Shown here: piece after piece, positions 40,707-54,727 of the stretch
How the letters are laid out: each line of letters begins with the position of its first letter
How positions within the stretch are numbered: the stretch's first letter is position 1
Source: Eledone cirrhosa
Lineage: Eukaryota
Length of the DNA: 64,000 nucleotides
Reading direction: 5' to 3'
Assembly: GCA_964016885.1 (NCBI GenBank)
Contig: OZ024766.1
Coordinates: 13,578,001 to 13,642,000, forward strand
Program-made: the position numbers and the translations under genes
The notes under the pieces: model-generated
Seen by the model: the letters and a program-made list of their open reading frames with translations, nothing else
Told to the model about the DNA's origin: nothing
The model's database searches: none

Positions 40707-41282
40707 TACCCATCTGCCAGATAGTTGAACGTTCGAAAGTATATTCTTTCCTTATCAAAATTAACGGCTGAGCAGCCTAATTTGCATATTGAGTGAGTTA
40801 AATCGGTCAGGCATCAAATTTGTGTTCTTTTATTTTGTTTTTGATATGCTACCAAGGATTGGGGGTTAGAGTTGTGTTTGCATTCCTGTCCAGTTGTTAT
40901 AAGGTTTGGATGGCTATTCTAGTAGGCAGATATGAAGCAGGAGGTGCTATTGTTGCTGACATACTAGGGATGGTAAGTAGGTTAAGGTATCAAATTACCA
41001 GAGGGGTCAGTCATCACCCCACCCCCCGTTCATATATGTTAAAGAATTTGTTCGAATAATCTACTTATTTTTTTGTTTATTTGAACTTTGTTTATTTGTT
41101 TGAACTACATAGCTATATATCCAGGCTGTGTATTATTAGAGAAGGTGATTATTGTGTAACTATGTAAGGATGCATTAAATGTATAGATTTAGTCATTATG
41201 TTCAGCTCTAGGTGGAAGTTAGCATGGAATGTGTTAACTATCTAATCTAAGGAAAGTTTTAGATATTTTATGCATACAAGTA

Positions 41283-41500
41283 TTAACTCTTTAGCATTTA
41301 CATTACTCTGTAATGTATTTTCTCTGTAAAGTCTTTACCTCACATAATAATCTCACATAATATCAAATCAACAAGATTTTGATATTATTTATTTTGAGAA
41401 CAATACCTTAACATAAGTATGAGCAGCCAGTTACGGCTGGTTTGAACAGAAAAAGGTGAGAGAATTCTGGCCGGATATGGCCGGATATGACCGGTTAAAG
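41283..41500 (+). mobile_element. piggyBac-like MITE, unexpanded copy
   Basis: TTAA-CTCTTTAGCATTTA start, one unit of the 72/73-bp repeat, body matches 46180-46318. Confidence 0.7.
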
Positions 41501-41749
41501 TGGTCAGAGCCTTTGTTAATTACTTCCTGTCTCCTATTAATAATGTGTTGAGCTTCCGTTGTACAGAGATCACAGTCACATGAAAAAGGATTCGCATAAA
41601 TATGGAAATGCATTTGTGAGAATACGCCAAGAAAACGAGTACTGTACCTGGTTCTGTTTTAGCCTCCTTATGATTTAGCATAATTTCAGATAGCACTGTG
41701 CTTCTTCTTCTGTCTATCCAGTTAAATGAGTGCTGATTGTACCATTTAA

Positions 41750-42310
41750 CATACATACATATGTACATGGTGGCTGCCAACTCGTTTTCGAGTACGGCCA
41801 CTACTTTATATCCATGTAGGAGAACCCCTACCGATGCGCTGAACAAAAGTGACTTTTTAGTCCAGCCAGCGACTTGAAAATTCCTGTACAGAGAGATCTC
41901 CAGATATAAAGCAATGCCTGTGCCGTGAAGCTTTTATAGTGAGCAAAGGCACTGCACAAAGCCAGTCCCACTCTCTTAACTAAGATGATATTTACCAAAA
42001 AGAAGAACAAGTCAACATCATTGGATACCATCAGGGTTGTAGGTGTTATATCAGAGTTTTCCTTCTAGAATTCTGCCTTGACAAAGGCTAAGGGGTCATC
42101 TCTCCCGGTGATTTTGGATGGCCATTGACACTTAAAAGCTCCGTTGCCCTTTCACAGGTTTTGTTTTTAGTCCTGCAGGATGTCCAAAGTCACCCTCCTC
42201 ACTAAGAAACCTTGGTGGGGTTACCATTTCAGTCGCCAACGACCCGACCATGAGACAGGTTGTACTGGGATACATGTTACCAGTAGCACCAACTGGTGAC
42301 CTGACATATG
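41750..42310 (-). mobile_element. Probable internally deleted RTE-type element
   Basis: C.GIFKSLAGLKSH resembles an RTE C-terminal zinc-finger remnant; (ATGT)n tail. Confidence 0.35.
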
Positions 42311-42378
42311 TACATATGTACATATATACATACATACATACATAACCACTTTAAACTAAACAATTTTGTACCCTAGAA

Positions 42379-42697
42379 CAGGGGTGTGCAACATATTCCA
42401 TTGGCGGGCCACTTTTGAACATTGGAACAATTATTAGGGCTATTAATATTTATTAAGCACTATTCCGAAGATTCACCACAACTTCTTTCCATAACATGGA
42501 ACTGGGAAAGTATAACACACACAACCCTATCAGTGAAGCCCTTTAGTATAGGTCAACTAACAGAAAATTGTATTACGGTTATGAAAAAAATTGTAAATAG
42601 GCCTACAAGGTAAACATTTAAAATGGTCACCGCGGGCCACTTTGACTGGTCTGGCAGGGCGGATTGTGGCCCACGGGCCGCCTGCTACATGCCCCTG
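42379..42697 (+). mobile_element. hAT Charlie-type MITE
   Basis: CAGGGG...CCCCTG, 8-bp TSD CCCTAGAA on both sides. Confidence 0.9.
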
Positions 42698-42833
42698 CCC
42701 TAGAAGCAGGGGCAGTCTTATGTGGTTTGATATAAAAAAAAATTAAGGACTCATTGATTCTCAACATTTAAACAGTGTTGTTGTATGAAGGGATGGTTGT
42801 GTAAACAACGCTATCTGGTGGTAGGTTACTAAC

Positions 42834-42971
42834 CTGTCTGGCAGTTACTTCCCTTGTAACCAACTGCACATCCTCCACTTGAACATATCTCTGACACTAT
42901 ATTACATTTACTGTTGTCTGCACAGTGGCACATATACTTGCAGTTAGGACCAAATGAACCAGATGCACACA
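42834..42971 (-). CDS. EGF-like repeat exon CASGSFGPNCKYMCHCADNSKCNIVSEICSSGGCAVGYKGSNCQT
   Basis: gcag/GTTAGT, 138 nt, phase 1-1. Confidence 0.9.
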
Positions 42972-43059
42972 CTGCAATGGAATAAAGCAACAACAACAGA
43001 AAACATGAGGATGAAGAAGAAGAAGAGACAATTATACAGACAGATGCACATGCATAGTG

Positions 43060-43300
43060 GAGGTGTGTGGCCTAGTGGTAAGGGTGTTGGACTTACAATC
43101 ATAATGTCATGGGTTCGATTCCTGGGCTGAGTTGTGTGTTGTATTCTTGAGCAAAACACTTCATTTCACGCTGCTCCAGTATACTCAGCTGAAAACGAGT
43201 ACCAGTAATAGCTGGGGTTTTGACCCCACGATGGATTGGCGTCCTGTCCAGGGAGGAGTCTTGTACTCTCAGTCATTTCACACCATAAAAATGGGATAAG
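43060..43300 (+). mobile_element. tRNA-derived SINE (family B; relatives near 12671, 16438, 47110-47375 minus, 58491-58770)
   Basis: A box TGGCCTAGTGG, B box GGTTCGATTCC, TTGAGCAAAACACTT core. Confidence 0.8.
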
Positions 43301-43362
43301 CACCTACTATTGTCTGGACACAATATATTATGTTACAAAAAAAGCTATACTACACCACTTAC

Positions 43363-43500
43363 CTGTCTGACAGTTGCTACCTTCATAACCAGCAGCACAT
43401 CCTCCACTTGAACACACACCTGTCTGTTTGTTACACCTGCTGTTGTCAGCACAGGGGCATGTGTTGCCACAGTTTGGTCCAAATTTCCCCTCTGGACATT
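43363..43500 (-). CDS. EGF-like repeat exon CPEGKFGPNCGNTCPCADNSRCNKQTGVCSSGGCAAGYEGSNCQT
   Basis: gtag/GTAAGT, 138 nt, phase 1-1, 8 Cys. Confidence 0.9.
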
Positions 43501-43894
43501 CTACAATGAAAGATCATGAGAAAACCTCTGCTCTTTTATCTCACTAAACATTTGTAAAAAAAATGAGGTTCAACTGAGTAAGAATACAAAGGATTAATAG
43601 GATTAATCAACCCTTACAATACTAAGGACCTTTGTTAAGTTATGTTCCAAATACGATCTTAACCGTTTTGATACCAAACTGCCAGATGTGGACCTTGTTC
43701 TTACAATACTAACAACCTTTGTTAAGTTATGTTCCAAATACCATCTTAACCCTTTTGATACCAAACTGCCAGATGTGGACCTTGTTCTTACAATACTAAC
43801 AACCTTTGTTAAGTTATGTTCCAAGCACCATCTGAGACCACTCTTGGCAGGTCTGTTGGATGTTGGCTTACCTGGGGCTAAACAACATCAACAA

Positions 43895-44662
43895 TACCTA
43901 CTACAATATGCAATACCACCACCACTACCACTATCACCAGCAGCAGCAGCAGCAGCACCACCACCACACCAACAACAACAAAACCAGCATCCTCATCACC
44001 ACCACCACCACAACTACCTCCACTCCACCACCACCATCACCACCTACACTCCACCAACACCATCACCAACACCAACATCATCCTCACCACCACCAACACC
44101 TCCACTCCACCACCACCACCTACACTCCACCAACACCATCACCAACACCAACATCATCCTCACCACCACCAACACCTCCACTCCACCACCACCTACACTC
44201 CACTCCCACTAAAACCACGACAGCCACCTACACTCCACCAACACTATCCTCACCACCACCAGCACAACTACCTACACTCCACCACCACCACCAACACCTC
44301 CACTCCACCACCACCTACACTCCCCTCCCACTATAACCACGACAGCCACCTACACTCCACCAACACCATCCTCACCACCACAACTACCTACACTCCACCA
44401 CCACCGTCACCACCACCTCCTACACCCCACTCCCACTAAAACCACAACAGCCACCTACACTCCACCACCATCACAACTACCTACACTCCAGCACCACCAA
44501 CACCTCCACTCCGGCACCACCTACACTCCACTCCCACTATAACCATGACAGCCACCTCCACTCCACCACCACCTCCACTCCACTCCCACTATAACCACGA
44601 CAGCCACCAACACTCCCCTCCCACTATAACCATGACAACCACCTACACTCCACCACCACCAC
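43895..44662. repeat. (CCA)n-derived low-complexity intron sequence
   Basis: direct reading. Confidence 0.9.
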
Positions 44663-44666
44663 TCAC

Positions 44667-44801
44667 CTTTACAAGTGTTATTCACATCAATATATCCATC
44701 TTTACATCCAGTCACACATTTGCCAGTCAATTGATCACATGTCTTTCTGCAGTTGTTGCACTCTTCTTTACAATTTCTTCCATAGAATCCAGGGAGACAT
44801 T
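44667..44801 (-). CDS. EGF-like exon CLPGFYGRNCKEECNNCRKTCDQLTGKCVTGCKDGYIDVNNTCK
   Basis: ctag/GTGAGT, 135 nt, phase 1-1. Confidence 0.85.
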
Positions 44802-44839
44802 CTAGAAAGACAAACAATCTTAGTCATTATTTCAATCTA

Positions 44840-45262
44840 GGGCAGTGGATTGGCAGAATCGGTGGAGCATCGAACACCATGCTTTGCGGCATAAAGTTAT
44901 GGCCCTTTATGATCTGAGTTCAAATCCCGCCGCGGTTGACTTTGCCTTTCATCCTTACGGGGTCGATAAAATAAAGTACCAGTAATGCACTGGGTAATTG
45001 CTGGCCTTGTGCCAAAAGTAGAAACAATTATTTTAATCAAGGGCGGTGGATTGGCAGTATCGTTAGAGTGTCGAACACCATGCTTTGCGGTATTGAGTTA
45101 CGACCCTTTCCATTCTGAGTTCAAAACCCGCCAAAGTTAGCTTGGCCTTTCATCCTTACTGGGTCGATAAAATAAAGTACCAGTCATACACTGGGGTCAT
45201 TTGAATCGACTTTCCCCCTTCCCTTCAAATTGCTGGCCTTGTGCCAACAGTAGAAACAATTA
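44840..45262 (+). mobile_element. Two tandem SINEs of family C (also 22995-23145, 48586-48800, 57095-57250, 62122-62310)
   Basis: GAGTTCAAATCCC B box; TTGCCTTTCATCCTTACGGGGTCGATAAAATAAAGTACCAG core resembling the Meta-SINE domain. Confidence 0.75.
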
Positions 45263-45298
45263 TTTCAATCTGCACTTTGACAATGCTGTTTATTTTAA

Positions 45299-46318
45299 CC
45301 CTTTAGCATTTACATTACCCTGTATTTACTATTGTATTTTCATGGTAAAGGCTTTACCTCACATAATTATCTCACATAACATTTACATTACCCTGTATTT
45401 ACTATTGTATTTTCATGGTAAAGGCTTTACCTCACATAATTATCTCACATAGCATTTACATTACTCTGTATTTACTATTGTATTTTCATGGTAAAGGCTT
45501 TACCTCACATAATTATCTCACATAACATTTACATTACCCTGTATTTACTATTGTATTTTCATGGTAAAGGCTTTACCTCACATAATTATCTCACATAGCA
45601 TTTACATTACTCTGTATTTACTATTGTATTTTCATGGTAAAGGCTTTACCTCACATAATTATCTCACATAACATTTACATTACTCTGTATTTACTATTGT
45701 ATTTTCATGGTAAAGGCTTTACCTCACATAATTATCTCACATAACATTTACATTACTCTGTATTTACTATTGTATTTTCATGGTAAAGGCTTTACCTCAC
45801 ATAATTATCTCACATAACATTTACATTACTCTGTATTTACTATTGTATTTTCATGGTAAAGGCTTTACCTCACATAATTATCTCACATAGCATTTACATT
45901 ACTCTGTATTTACTATTGTATTTTCATGGTAAAGGCTTTACCTCACATGATTATCTCACATAACATTTACATTACTCTGTATTTACTATTGTATTTTCAT
46001 GGTAAAGGCTTTACCTCACATAATTATCTCACATAACATTTACCTTACTCTGTATTTACTATTGTATTTTCATGGTAAAGGCTTTACCTCACATAATTAT
46101 CTCACATAACATTTATCTTACTCTGTATTTACTATTGTATTTTCATGGTAAAGGCTTTACCTCACATAATTATCTCACATAATATTGAATCTACAAGATT
46201 TTAATATTATTTATTTTGAGAAGAAAACCTTAACATCAGTATGAGTGGCCAGTTGCAGCTGATTTGAACAGAGGTTAGAGAATTCTGGCCGGATATGGCC
46301 AGTTTAAATGCTAAAGGG
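45299..46318 (+). mobile_element. piggyBac-like MITE containing about 12 units of a 73-bp satellite
   Basis: perfect 14-bp TIR CCCTTTAGCATTTA, TTAA on both sides. Confidence 0.88.
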
Positions 46319-47990
46319 TTAAACTGTTTACATTCCATTATAATTTCATGTAAGAACCTTTGTTAAGTTATATTCCAAACCACCTGAAACTACCCCAGGT
46401 TCTATGCTACAAAATTGTTTATTCCAAAGCCTTTATATTATCTAAAAATCTTCCATCTAATTTCATGTAAGAACCTTTGTTAAGTTACATTCCAAACCAC
46501 CTGAAACTGCCCTTATTCCACTTTAAGTTTACGGATCATTTCTTTTTCATTTAGAATTGTCTCCTGCAAGAACATAGATGAAAATGGATGAAAATGCACA
46601 AAAATTCAAACTGGTTATAATCAACAAGTAAAATCTTATTCATTTTTTTTTTTTTGGCATGGCATTGGAAAAGCATCACACTGTCTAAAAACGTCTGTCT
46701 TAAACCAAAAGGCTTGTTAGGCCAATGCTTATCTCAGTTTCATGGCATGAAGCAACTTGAAGTACAAGACACCTTGCTGTGAAGGCACATGTCTTAGTGG
46801 TTAGAGCATTGGGTTTGCAATCGAAAGGTTGTGAGTTCAATTCTCGGACCAGGTGATGTGTTGTTTCCTTGAGCAAGACACTTTATTTCACATTGCTCCA
46901 GTTTACTCAGCTGTAAAAATGAAATGATAGGACTGGGGTCCGTATCATTAAATTACCCTAGACACCTCCAACGAGATATACCTTGGAGGAGGCCAGCTAA
47001 ACCTGCATATGTGTGAGCTGTAACAACAACAACCTCGCTGGACAGGACACCAGTCCATCACAGTGTTAAACCTCCAGCTATTACTGGTACTCATTTTCAG
47101 CTATATAATACAATATATTTTTCGTTAGGCTGGTGCTTATCTCTGTTTCATGGCGTGAAGCGACTGGGAGTACAAGATTCCCCCTGGACAGGACACCAGT
47201 CCATCACAGGGTTAAACCTCCAGCTATTACTGGTACTCATTTTCAGCTGAGTATACTGGAGCAATGTGAAGTGAAGTGTTTTGCTCAAGAACACAACATG
47301 TAACCCAGCTCAGGAATCGAACCCATGACATTATGATTCTAAGTCCAACACCCTTACCACTAGGCAATGCACCAAACTGTGCAACTCCTAAATATTTTTG
47401 TATCTCCTCGTGTTTGTGTTTTTGTAGTTTTTATGTCAAATGAATTCAGAGCATAATCGACATGAGATGATTTCAACTAAAACCTGTTTCCCTATAAATA
47501 TGAAACACCCTAATATATATGTATATATGTTAAAGGTATATTATAAAGAGAAAGGACCTGCTGGCTGAGCTCTTGCTCTTTATAAAATAGCCATGCTCTA
47601 CTACCGCGGGCTTTGTGTTGTGTTCTTGAGCAAGACACTTTATTTCACGTTGTTCCAGTTCACTCAGCTGTGGAAATGGGTTGCGATGTCACTGGTGCCA
47701 AGCTGTATCGGCCATTGCCTTTCCCTTGGACAATATCAGTGGCATAGAGAGGGGAGGCTGTTATGCATGGGCTACTGCTGGTCTTCCACAAAACAACCTT
47801 GCCCAGACTTGTGCCTTGGAGGGGAACTTTCTAGACTCAAATTCTATGGTCATTCGTGACCGAAGGATCTCTTTACCTTTTACCCTTACTAACCCATGTA
47901 TCGAATACTCTGTTCAGTAATGGTCTAACTAGTTTTAAACTGGTTCTATCCTGATTTATGTTAAAGGTATAAAGGTATCTATATACTTAC

Positions 47991-48191
47991 GAAAGACCTC
48001 CACTTCACACATGCTAAGGCTAGGTCCTGACAGCAGAATTATTGTGATTTTGTTGCCCTTAACAGGACTAGAACATTGCACATCAATAACTTTTGTCTTC
48101 TCTAGATTGGAAATCTTCTCACATATTCTGTGTTTTTTGTCATTTGATACCAACACTATTATTGAGAATTTATTTTGTGCTGCAGAAAAAC
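47991..48191 (-). CDS. F-type lectin-like domain, C-terminal exon
   Basis: ccag/GTAAGT, 201 nt, phase 1-1; VQC..PVKGNKITI..LSMCEVEVF is the typical domain end. Confidence 0.85.
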
Positions 48192-49530
48192 CTGGTAAGA
48201 AAGTTAAAACAAAAAACAAATAGCAATGGTATTTGGTGGTGGTGGTGGTGGTGATGGTGGTGAGGAGGAGGGAGGTTTGGGTAAAGTTTAGTCAAAAAGT
48301 GATTGGCAAACATGGGCTTGGACCAGTGCAAGATTTAGGGCACATCAAGCCCTGTGCTAGTTATGTTATGAGGCCTCTTACTCGTAAAAAATTCATCATA
48401 AAAAATTGTGCCAAATTTAGAATTAACCCTTTAGCATTTAAACCGGTTGTATTCGGCCAGAAGTTTCTCAACTCTTTCTATTCAAACTGGCTGTAACTGG
48501 ACACTCATACTTATATTAAGGTATTGATCTCAAAATAAATAACATCAAAATCTCATAGATTCGATATTATGTGAGATAATTATGAGGGCAGTGGGTTGGC
48601 AGTATCGGTAGAGGGTCGGACGCCATGCTTTGCAGCATAGAGTTACGGCCCTTTATGATTTGAGTTCAATCCCGCCGAGGTTAACTTTGCCTTTCATCCT
48701 TATGGGGTTGATAAAATAAAGTACCAGTCACTCACTAGGGTCGATTTAATCGACGTTCCCCTACCCAAAATTGCTGGCCTTGTCCCTATATAAAAAACCA
48801 TTATGTGATATAATTATGAGGTAAAGCCTTTACTGTGAAAATACAATAGTATATATAGAGTAATGTAAATGTTATGTGAGATATTATGTGAGGTAAAGCC
48901 TTTACTGTGAAAATACAATAGTATATATAGAGTCATGTAAATGTTATGTGAGATATTATGTAAGGTAAAGCCTTTACTGTGAAAATACAATAGTATATAT
49001 AGAGTAATGTAAATGTTATGTGAGATATTATGTGAGGTAAAGCCTTTACTGTGACAATACAATAGTATATATAGAGTAATGTAAATGTTATGTGAGATAT
49101 TATGTGAGGTAAAGCCTTTACTGTGACAATACAATAGTATATATAGAGTAATGTAAATGTTATGTGAGATATTATGTGAGGTAAAGCCTTTACTGTGACA
49201 ATACAATAGTATATATAGAGTAATGTAAATGTTATGTGAGATATTATGTGAGGTAAAGCCTTTACTGTGAAAATACAATAGTATATATAGAGTGGTTTCT
49301 TTATTTGCCACCAGGGCACAAAAGGTAGGGACAGATACAAGGGGGGAAGTTTACATATAATTAACAAGTACAAAAATATAACAATGAAATAACAACAACA
49401 AACGAAGTCCTCAATAGGGAGGGGGCATTAACATGGGTCGCACACACCCTGGAAAAAATGTGCAACCCTTCTCCTCAGGAGCACAAAGAGTAGGTGCTTC
49501 CCTCGTCTCCTCTTTTTCCTCTTCTTTCAC

Positions 49531-52500
49531 CTACAGGCTGATATAGAGAGAAGACCCATTCACTCTGGCCATTATCCCTACTTTCACCCACCTTTCATAA
49601 AACTTGCTGGGGTAGAGCACCTCTCTCTCCATTCTGATCCTTCTTTTAAAATGGTATTTGAAAAAGGGGACCAGTTGTTGGCCGGAGAGAAAGGTGTCTG
49701 ACCTCAGCCCTTTCAGCCTCGTTCACCATACAACTTTTTTAGCCATGGCTACCACACAGAGAAAAACCGCCTCTCCTTCGTTTTTGAAAGGGGGAGGCGG
49801 TTTGATCGCGACAATGGACTCGGTGGTCAACCGGATTGGTCCCACCCTCGACAGTAGTCGTTCCACATAGCCCCACAGGTCAGCAATGCCTGGGCAGTGT
49901 ACGAATGCGTGCGCAACGGTTTCGTCATCATGCACGCATCTCGGACAGATCTTATTCAAAGGATCTCTACCCAGGCTCCCATGCCTGTGGAGCTTGTCTC
50001 GAACGGGTAGAGCCCCTCGGTAGCACTGCCAAGCCAGGGACTTTTGGAAGTTGTCCATCGGTCCAGGGCCAAACGTCCTACCGAACAGACTGGCCAGTTC
50101 ATCTTCCTCCATGCCTAGAGCTTCTCCGAGAGCATCGTCGCACCTGCTGCGTACCAACTCTCTATAGAATGTCGAGGTGGAGTCTCCACTGATTGCCGGG
50201 TCCGCTTTCCAGAGGGCCGTGAGCGCCTGGGCACATTCAATGTGCCAGTCGCCCACTTTTCTCGGTCTTTGCTTGACCCAGGATTGCAGCTCGGTGAGCG
50301 AGACGAGTCTGGGAAAGGCTCGCCTCACAAACGGGGCCCACACCGGTTGACCGGTGAGGAATACCTGGAGGTGCCGTAGCCTTAATGCGTGTTTACGCAT
50401 CTGTAGCCATGGCATCCCCAGCCCTCCTTTCGAAGGGTATTGACAGCAGATGGATCTCCTCACCAAAGGGGTCCGCTTGTTCCAAAGAAATTGGAACAGC
50501 GCGCACTCCATTTTGGCGAGTCTTTTCACTGGGCAAGGCACGACGGTCAAGCGGTAGTAGATGACGGATGCTATATAAGTATTCGCCACCTCCGCTCGAC
50601 CTTTCAGGGATAGTTTGCACTGGGCCCACTTCTGGGTGAGTGCAAACACCCTGGCCGTTACCTCGTTCCAGTTTTTCTCCACCTGGAGGTCTGGTCCGAA
50701 CCAGACCCCAAGCAGCTCCACCGGGCCCTCCATCCAGCGTCCGACGACGTCGTTGGAGGGCATCGGTTTGCCTCTCCATGTTCCGAGTTGCAAACCGACG
50801 GACTTGTCCCGGTTCAGCTTGGCTCCTGTAAACCTTTCATATTCCTCCAGTAAGGTGCCGATCTCACCGATTTGCGAGGTTTTCGACACCATTACTGTCA
50901 CGTCATCGGCGTAGGCCGACGCCGCTTTCTGCAATCCCAGTTCCAAAGGGATGCCCTGCAACTGCTCCAACTTCCGCAGTAGTGGCTCAAGAGCCAGCAC
51001 ATACAGTAGGGAGGAGAGAGGGCATCCCTGTTGGATGGATTGCATGATTTGGAACGGCTCCGAGAGGTGGCCGTTCACCTTGACCCTTGAGCAGACGTTG
51101 CTGCTGTGCATCGCAGCAATCCAACCCCTGAAAACGGGTCCGAAGTCTGCCGCCGTGAGCACCGCATCCAGGTAACGATGGTCAACCCTATCGAAAGCTT
51201 TAGATTGATCCAAGTTGATCAGGGCCCCACCAAAGCCGGGTTCATTCCCTACCCTCTCTATGATGTATCGCATAAGGTGGAGATTGTCGTGAATGGACCT
51301 GGACGGGATTGCGCATGTCTGCGCTTCTCCCACCAGGTTTCCAACGACAAGCGCCAACCTCTTCGCTAACACCTTGGCCAAAATCTTTAACTCTGTATTT
51401 AGCAGAGTTATGGGCCTGAAGTTACTTATGTCATCCCCCTTGTTCTCATCCTTCCTCACCAGCGTAACTACGCCCTTGGTCACAGAACTGGGAATTCTCC
51501 CGTTCTGCTGCCAGTTGCAGTAGACCGCTTCGAGGATATCGGAGAACAAGTCCGGCATCGCTACATATAGCTCGTATGGTAGACCATCGAGACCCGGGGA
51601 TTTGCGTTTGCCGCATTGGCTCAGCGCCGCCCCTATCTCAGCAGCTGAAATCGTCCTTTCGCAGGACTTCGCCTCCGCGACCGAGAGGCGCGGCAGACCG
51701 TCGAGGTATGGATTGAAATCCATAGTCTCACCCGGCCCGCCGCCCCTCTCGAACAGTCGTGCAAAGTGCCGCTGAAAGGCCGCACACATCTGCCCAGGTT
51801 CAAGGATCACACGCCCATCCTGGTCCTTCAAAGACCGAATCGTGGACTTGTTCCCACTTTTTGCCTCTGTCACTCGGGCCCAGCTCACAGCTTTGGTTCC
51901 CTCATTACCCAGAGCACATATTTTACTCCTGACAACGCAGCCTTCATGCTTCACCTCAAAGAACTGGTCTAAGGCCATTCTTGATGCCAGCACGCCGGCT
52001 ACATTGCCACTCCTAATCGCCTCTTCTACTCTATCTACTAATTCCCTTTCCGTCTTGTTCCTATCCCTTGCTAATTCCTGACTAAAACCTATCGATTCTA
52101 TTCTAATTGCTCTCTTAAGAGAGCTCCACCACCTGTTGTTGACAATTGCCCCTGTCAAACTCTGCTTAACTAACGTGCTAATCCGTTTACTGTAAGCTTT
52201 GCTTCTCGGTAAGGACAAGTTCAGCTTCCAGTAACCGGGTCCCTGTCTATGGGTTCTATCAAGGTTGGCTATGCAGGTCACTAACTTGTGATCCGAATAG
52301 TCAACCATGAACATTTTTGGACAGCTAAATGTGTCCCTATCCTTCTCTCTAACTAGGACCCTATCTAGGTACGACCTAGATGTTCCACTGCGATTGGTCC
52401 ACGTCCATAGTGGTACAGTCGGAACATCTAGTCGATATCTATCGGCCAGGTCAAATCGGCCGATTAACCTTTTGAGGCTTTTACACCCCCCTCTATTGGC

Positions 52501-52968
52501 ACATGCCCCTACATAGTCCCAACGTGCATCCAGGATACCATTCCAGTCCCCCACTAAAAGCAAGGAGCGGGACGTTCCCAGAAAAGTTTCCAGACGTTGG
52601 AAGTATTCCGGCCGCGCTGCCCAAAAAGGGGCGTACACAGCTATTAGTCTAAGGGCTCCACTTTCACTACTGCCGACGTCTAAAACCACCAGTCGACCCT
52701 CCGGGTCCAGGTGCACCCTCTGTATGGCGAGGCCCAGGTGTTTTCACAGCAGAACGACAACTCCACCCCCACCCCCCGGTTGATAGAGAGATGCGAAGAT
52801 CTCAAAGTCGTCGAAGAGGGGCGCCAGTTGGTGCTCGCTGCTGATCCTGGACTCGCAAATAGCCATTACATCCATTCTATGCGACCTGAGATCTTTTAAA
52901 AGTTTGCCTTGTTTCCAAGACAGTCCCAGGCCACGTACATTCAGACACCCAACTCTTATATCAGCCAT
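49531..52968 (-). pseudogene. LINE ORF2: APE endonuclease, RT, C-terminal zinc finger
   Basis: CLNVRGL, GDWN, SDH, LDQSKAFD, QGCPLS, YADD, CPRC..ETVAHAFVHC; frameshift near 52740 and stop at 49723-49725 before the natural TAG at 49531. Confidence 0.9.
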
Positions 52969-52989
52969 GTTGGTTAAAAGAGGAAGGAC

Positions 52990-54727
52990 CTACCTGTTCG
53001 GCTCCTGAGGAGCAGGTTGCACAATATCCATGGGCGTATTGGAGGGGTTGTTTGGTGGGGTGTTGTTCTGTGGTGGAGTGGGGGTGTTTGGTGAGGTGTG
53101 GGTGGGGAAACGTTTCAAGAGGACGCGGTTATAGGGTCGAGTACATGTTTTCCCCTCGTCCTCAGGAAAGTTCTCTCTTAGTTTTGCATAGGTGTCCATT
53201 GGGAGTCTTATCATTTTTAAATGTGGTTTGTTGGCCGCGCTTGCAAAGAATTGCCCTTCAGTTTCCACCAAAGGGTCTTTGTGTATTGTTTTTACGAGTT
53301 CTTTGTTATTTGTGTTAATGTATGTATACTGTTTTATTTGTGTTGTGTTTGTTTGTTGTTCTTGTGTGTGCTTACGTTTTGTTGTATGTGTTATGTTTTG
53401 GGGTGGGGCGGATTTTGTTTGTTCTGTTTGTTTTGTTTTTGTTGGTGGTTGTGTGTTTGTTTCGTTTATGTTCGAGTGGTGCTTTCTTTTTTTCCTTTTT
53501 ACAGGCTGGAAGGGTTCCCCCTCTTCGTCACTAGGTGCCATTTCCGCTGGGTCCTCGTCCGTGCTGTCGGGTAGTGGTGTAATTTGGGGTTTTGTTGTAT
53601 TTGTGTGTGTTTTGGGAGTTGTTTTGGGAGGGGCCGTGTCTTGTGTTATTTTTCCGTGTTGTTATGGTTGTTGTTGTGGTGGTGGTGGTGGAGGTGGTGG
53701 TGGTGGTGGTGGCGGTGGTGGTGTGTGGGGTGTAGGCAAAAGAGCCTTTTTTTTGTCAATTGAGGACAAGCAGCCCTTAGATGACCCCTGCTTGAACAGT
53801 AGTAACATATGGGCCTCCTACCCTCGGCTGAAATATATATAAATGTTTCTCCATCGAGGGACACCCTCTGTGGTATTCTAGCTATTCGTTCTGGTCTCAT
53901 TTGGCCCAGAATCTCCACGCTCAAACCGCCGAAAACGTCTGTGGTGACTTCTCCTACTGAAAGGATTCCGTCCTCGTCTTCTAAAAATCCTGTTAGTACC
54001 CAGGAAATGCATGCATTTGGCCGGATTCCGGAGACCCTTATCTTCTGCGTTCTTTTCCCTAAATATGTGGGGAAAAATGTATGTAGCTTGGAAACAATTG
54101 GCGCCACAGAGTATTTCCTGGCCGTCAATTGATCCTTCATTAGGACCGTTATATTCCCATAGAGTGGCCCTTTTTGTATGAACGATATATCACTCCACAC
54201 ATTTTTTAGGACCAGCTCAATCTCTTTTTGGGATAATTGAGTTGGTTTCCTTGTTATGTTAGAAATTGTTCTGAAAGATATCGTTCTTAGCGTCGTGTCT
54301 CTTTTGATTTCTTGTGGGAGGTGATTGTGAAGTCTCCTCCTTCTTTGAAAGTTACATACTGTTTCGCTTCCTTCATCTTTTCTTTCAGAGTTGTAATGTC
54401 CAGTTGCTTGCAGGTTTGTGTTTTCCGGACCGCCTGTGCAAAGGAGGCACCAGTAGTGGGTTCGCTTTGTTTGGTGTTATCGTTATTTATTCCTTGGTTG
54501 GTGTTGTGACTATTGCTGTTATTGTCGTTGTTGTTTTTGTCTGCGTTTATGTGACTTTCTGGGTTTTCACACATTTTTACAAATTTTTCTTTTAATTCCG
54601 TGTTCCATGTTTCTTTTGCAGAAGTGAGGAGGGAAGACTTAGAGCCTTGTGCTTCTAGCTTCTCTGTATCACCTTTCTTAGGGGGCGTGGCTTTAACGTT
54701 AGGATGAGATGTGAAAATTCCGTCCAT
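52990..54727 (-). pseudogene. LINE ORF1 (gag-like), broken into three pieces
   Basis: CCHC knuckle CYYCSSRGHLRAAC; pieces 54287-54727, 53646-54200, 52990-53541. Confidence 0.8.

Noticed and set aside
42225-42306. Possible HDV-like ribozyme at the 5' end of the RTE-like remnant
   Set aside because: Could not build P1, P1.1 and P2 by hand; needs a descriptor search
43688-44336. His/Pro/Thr-rich ORFs
   Set aside because: (CCA)n low-complexity intron on the non-coding strand
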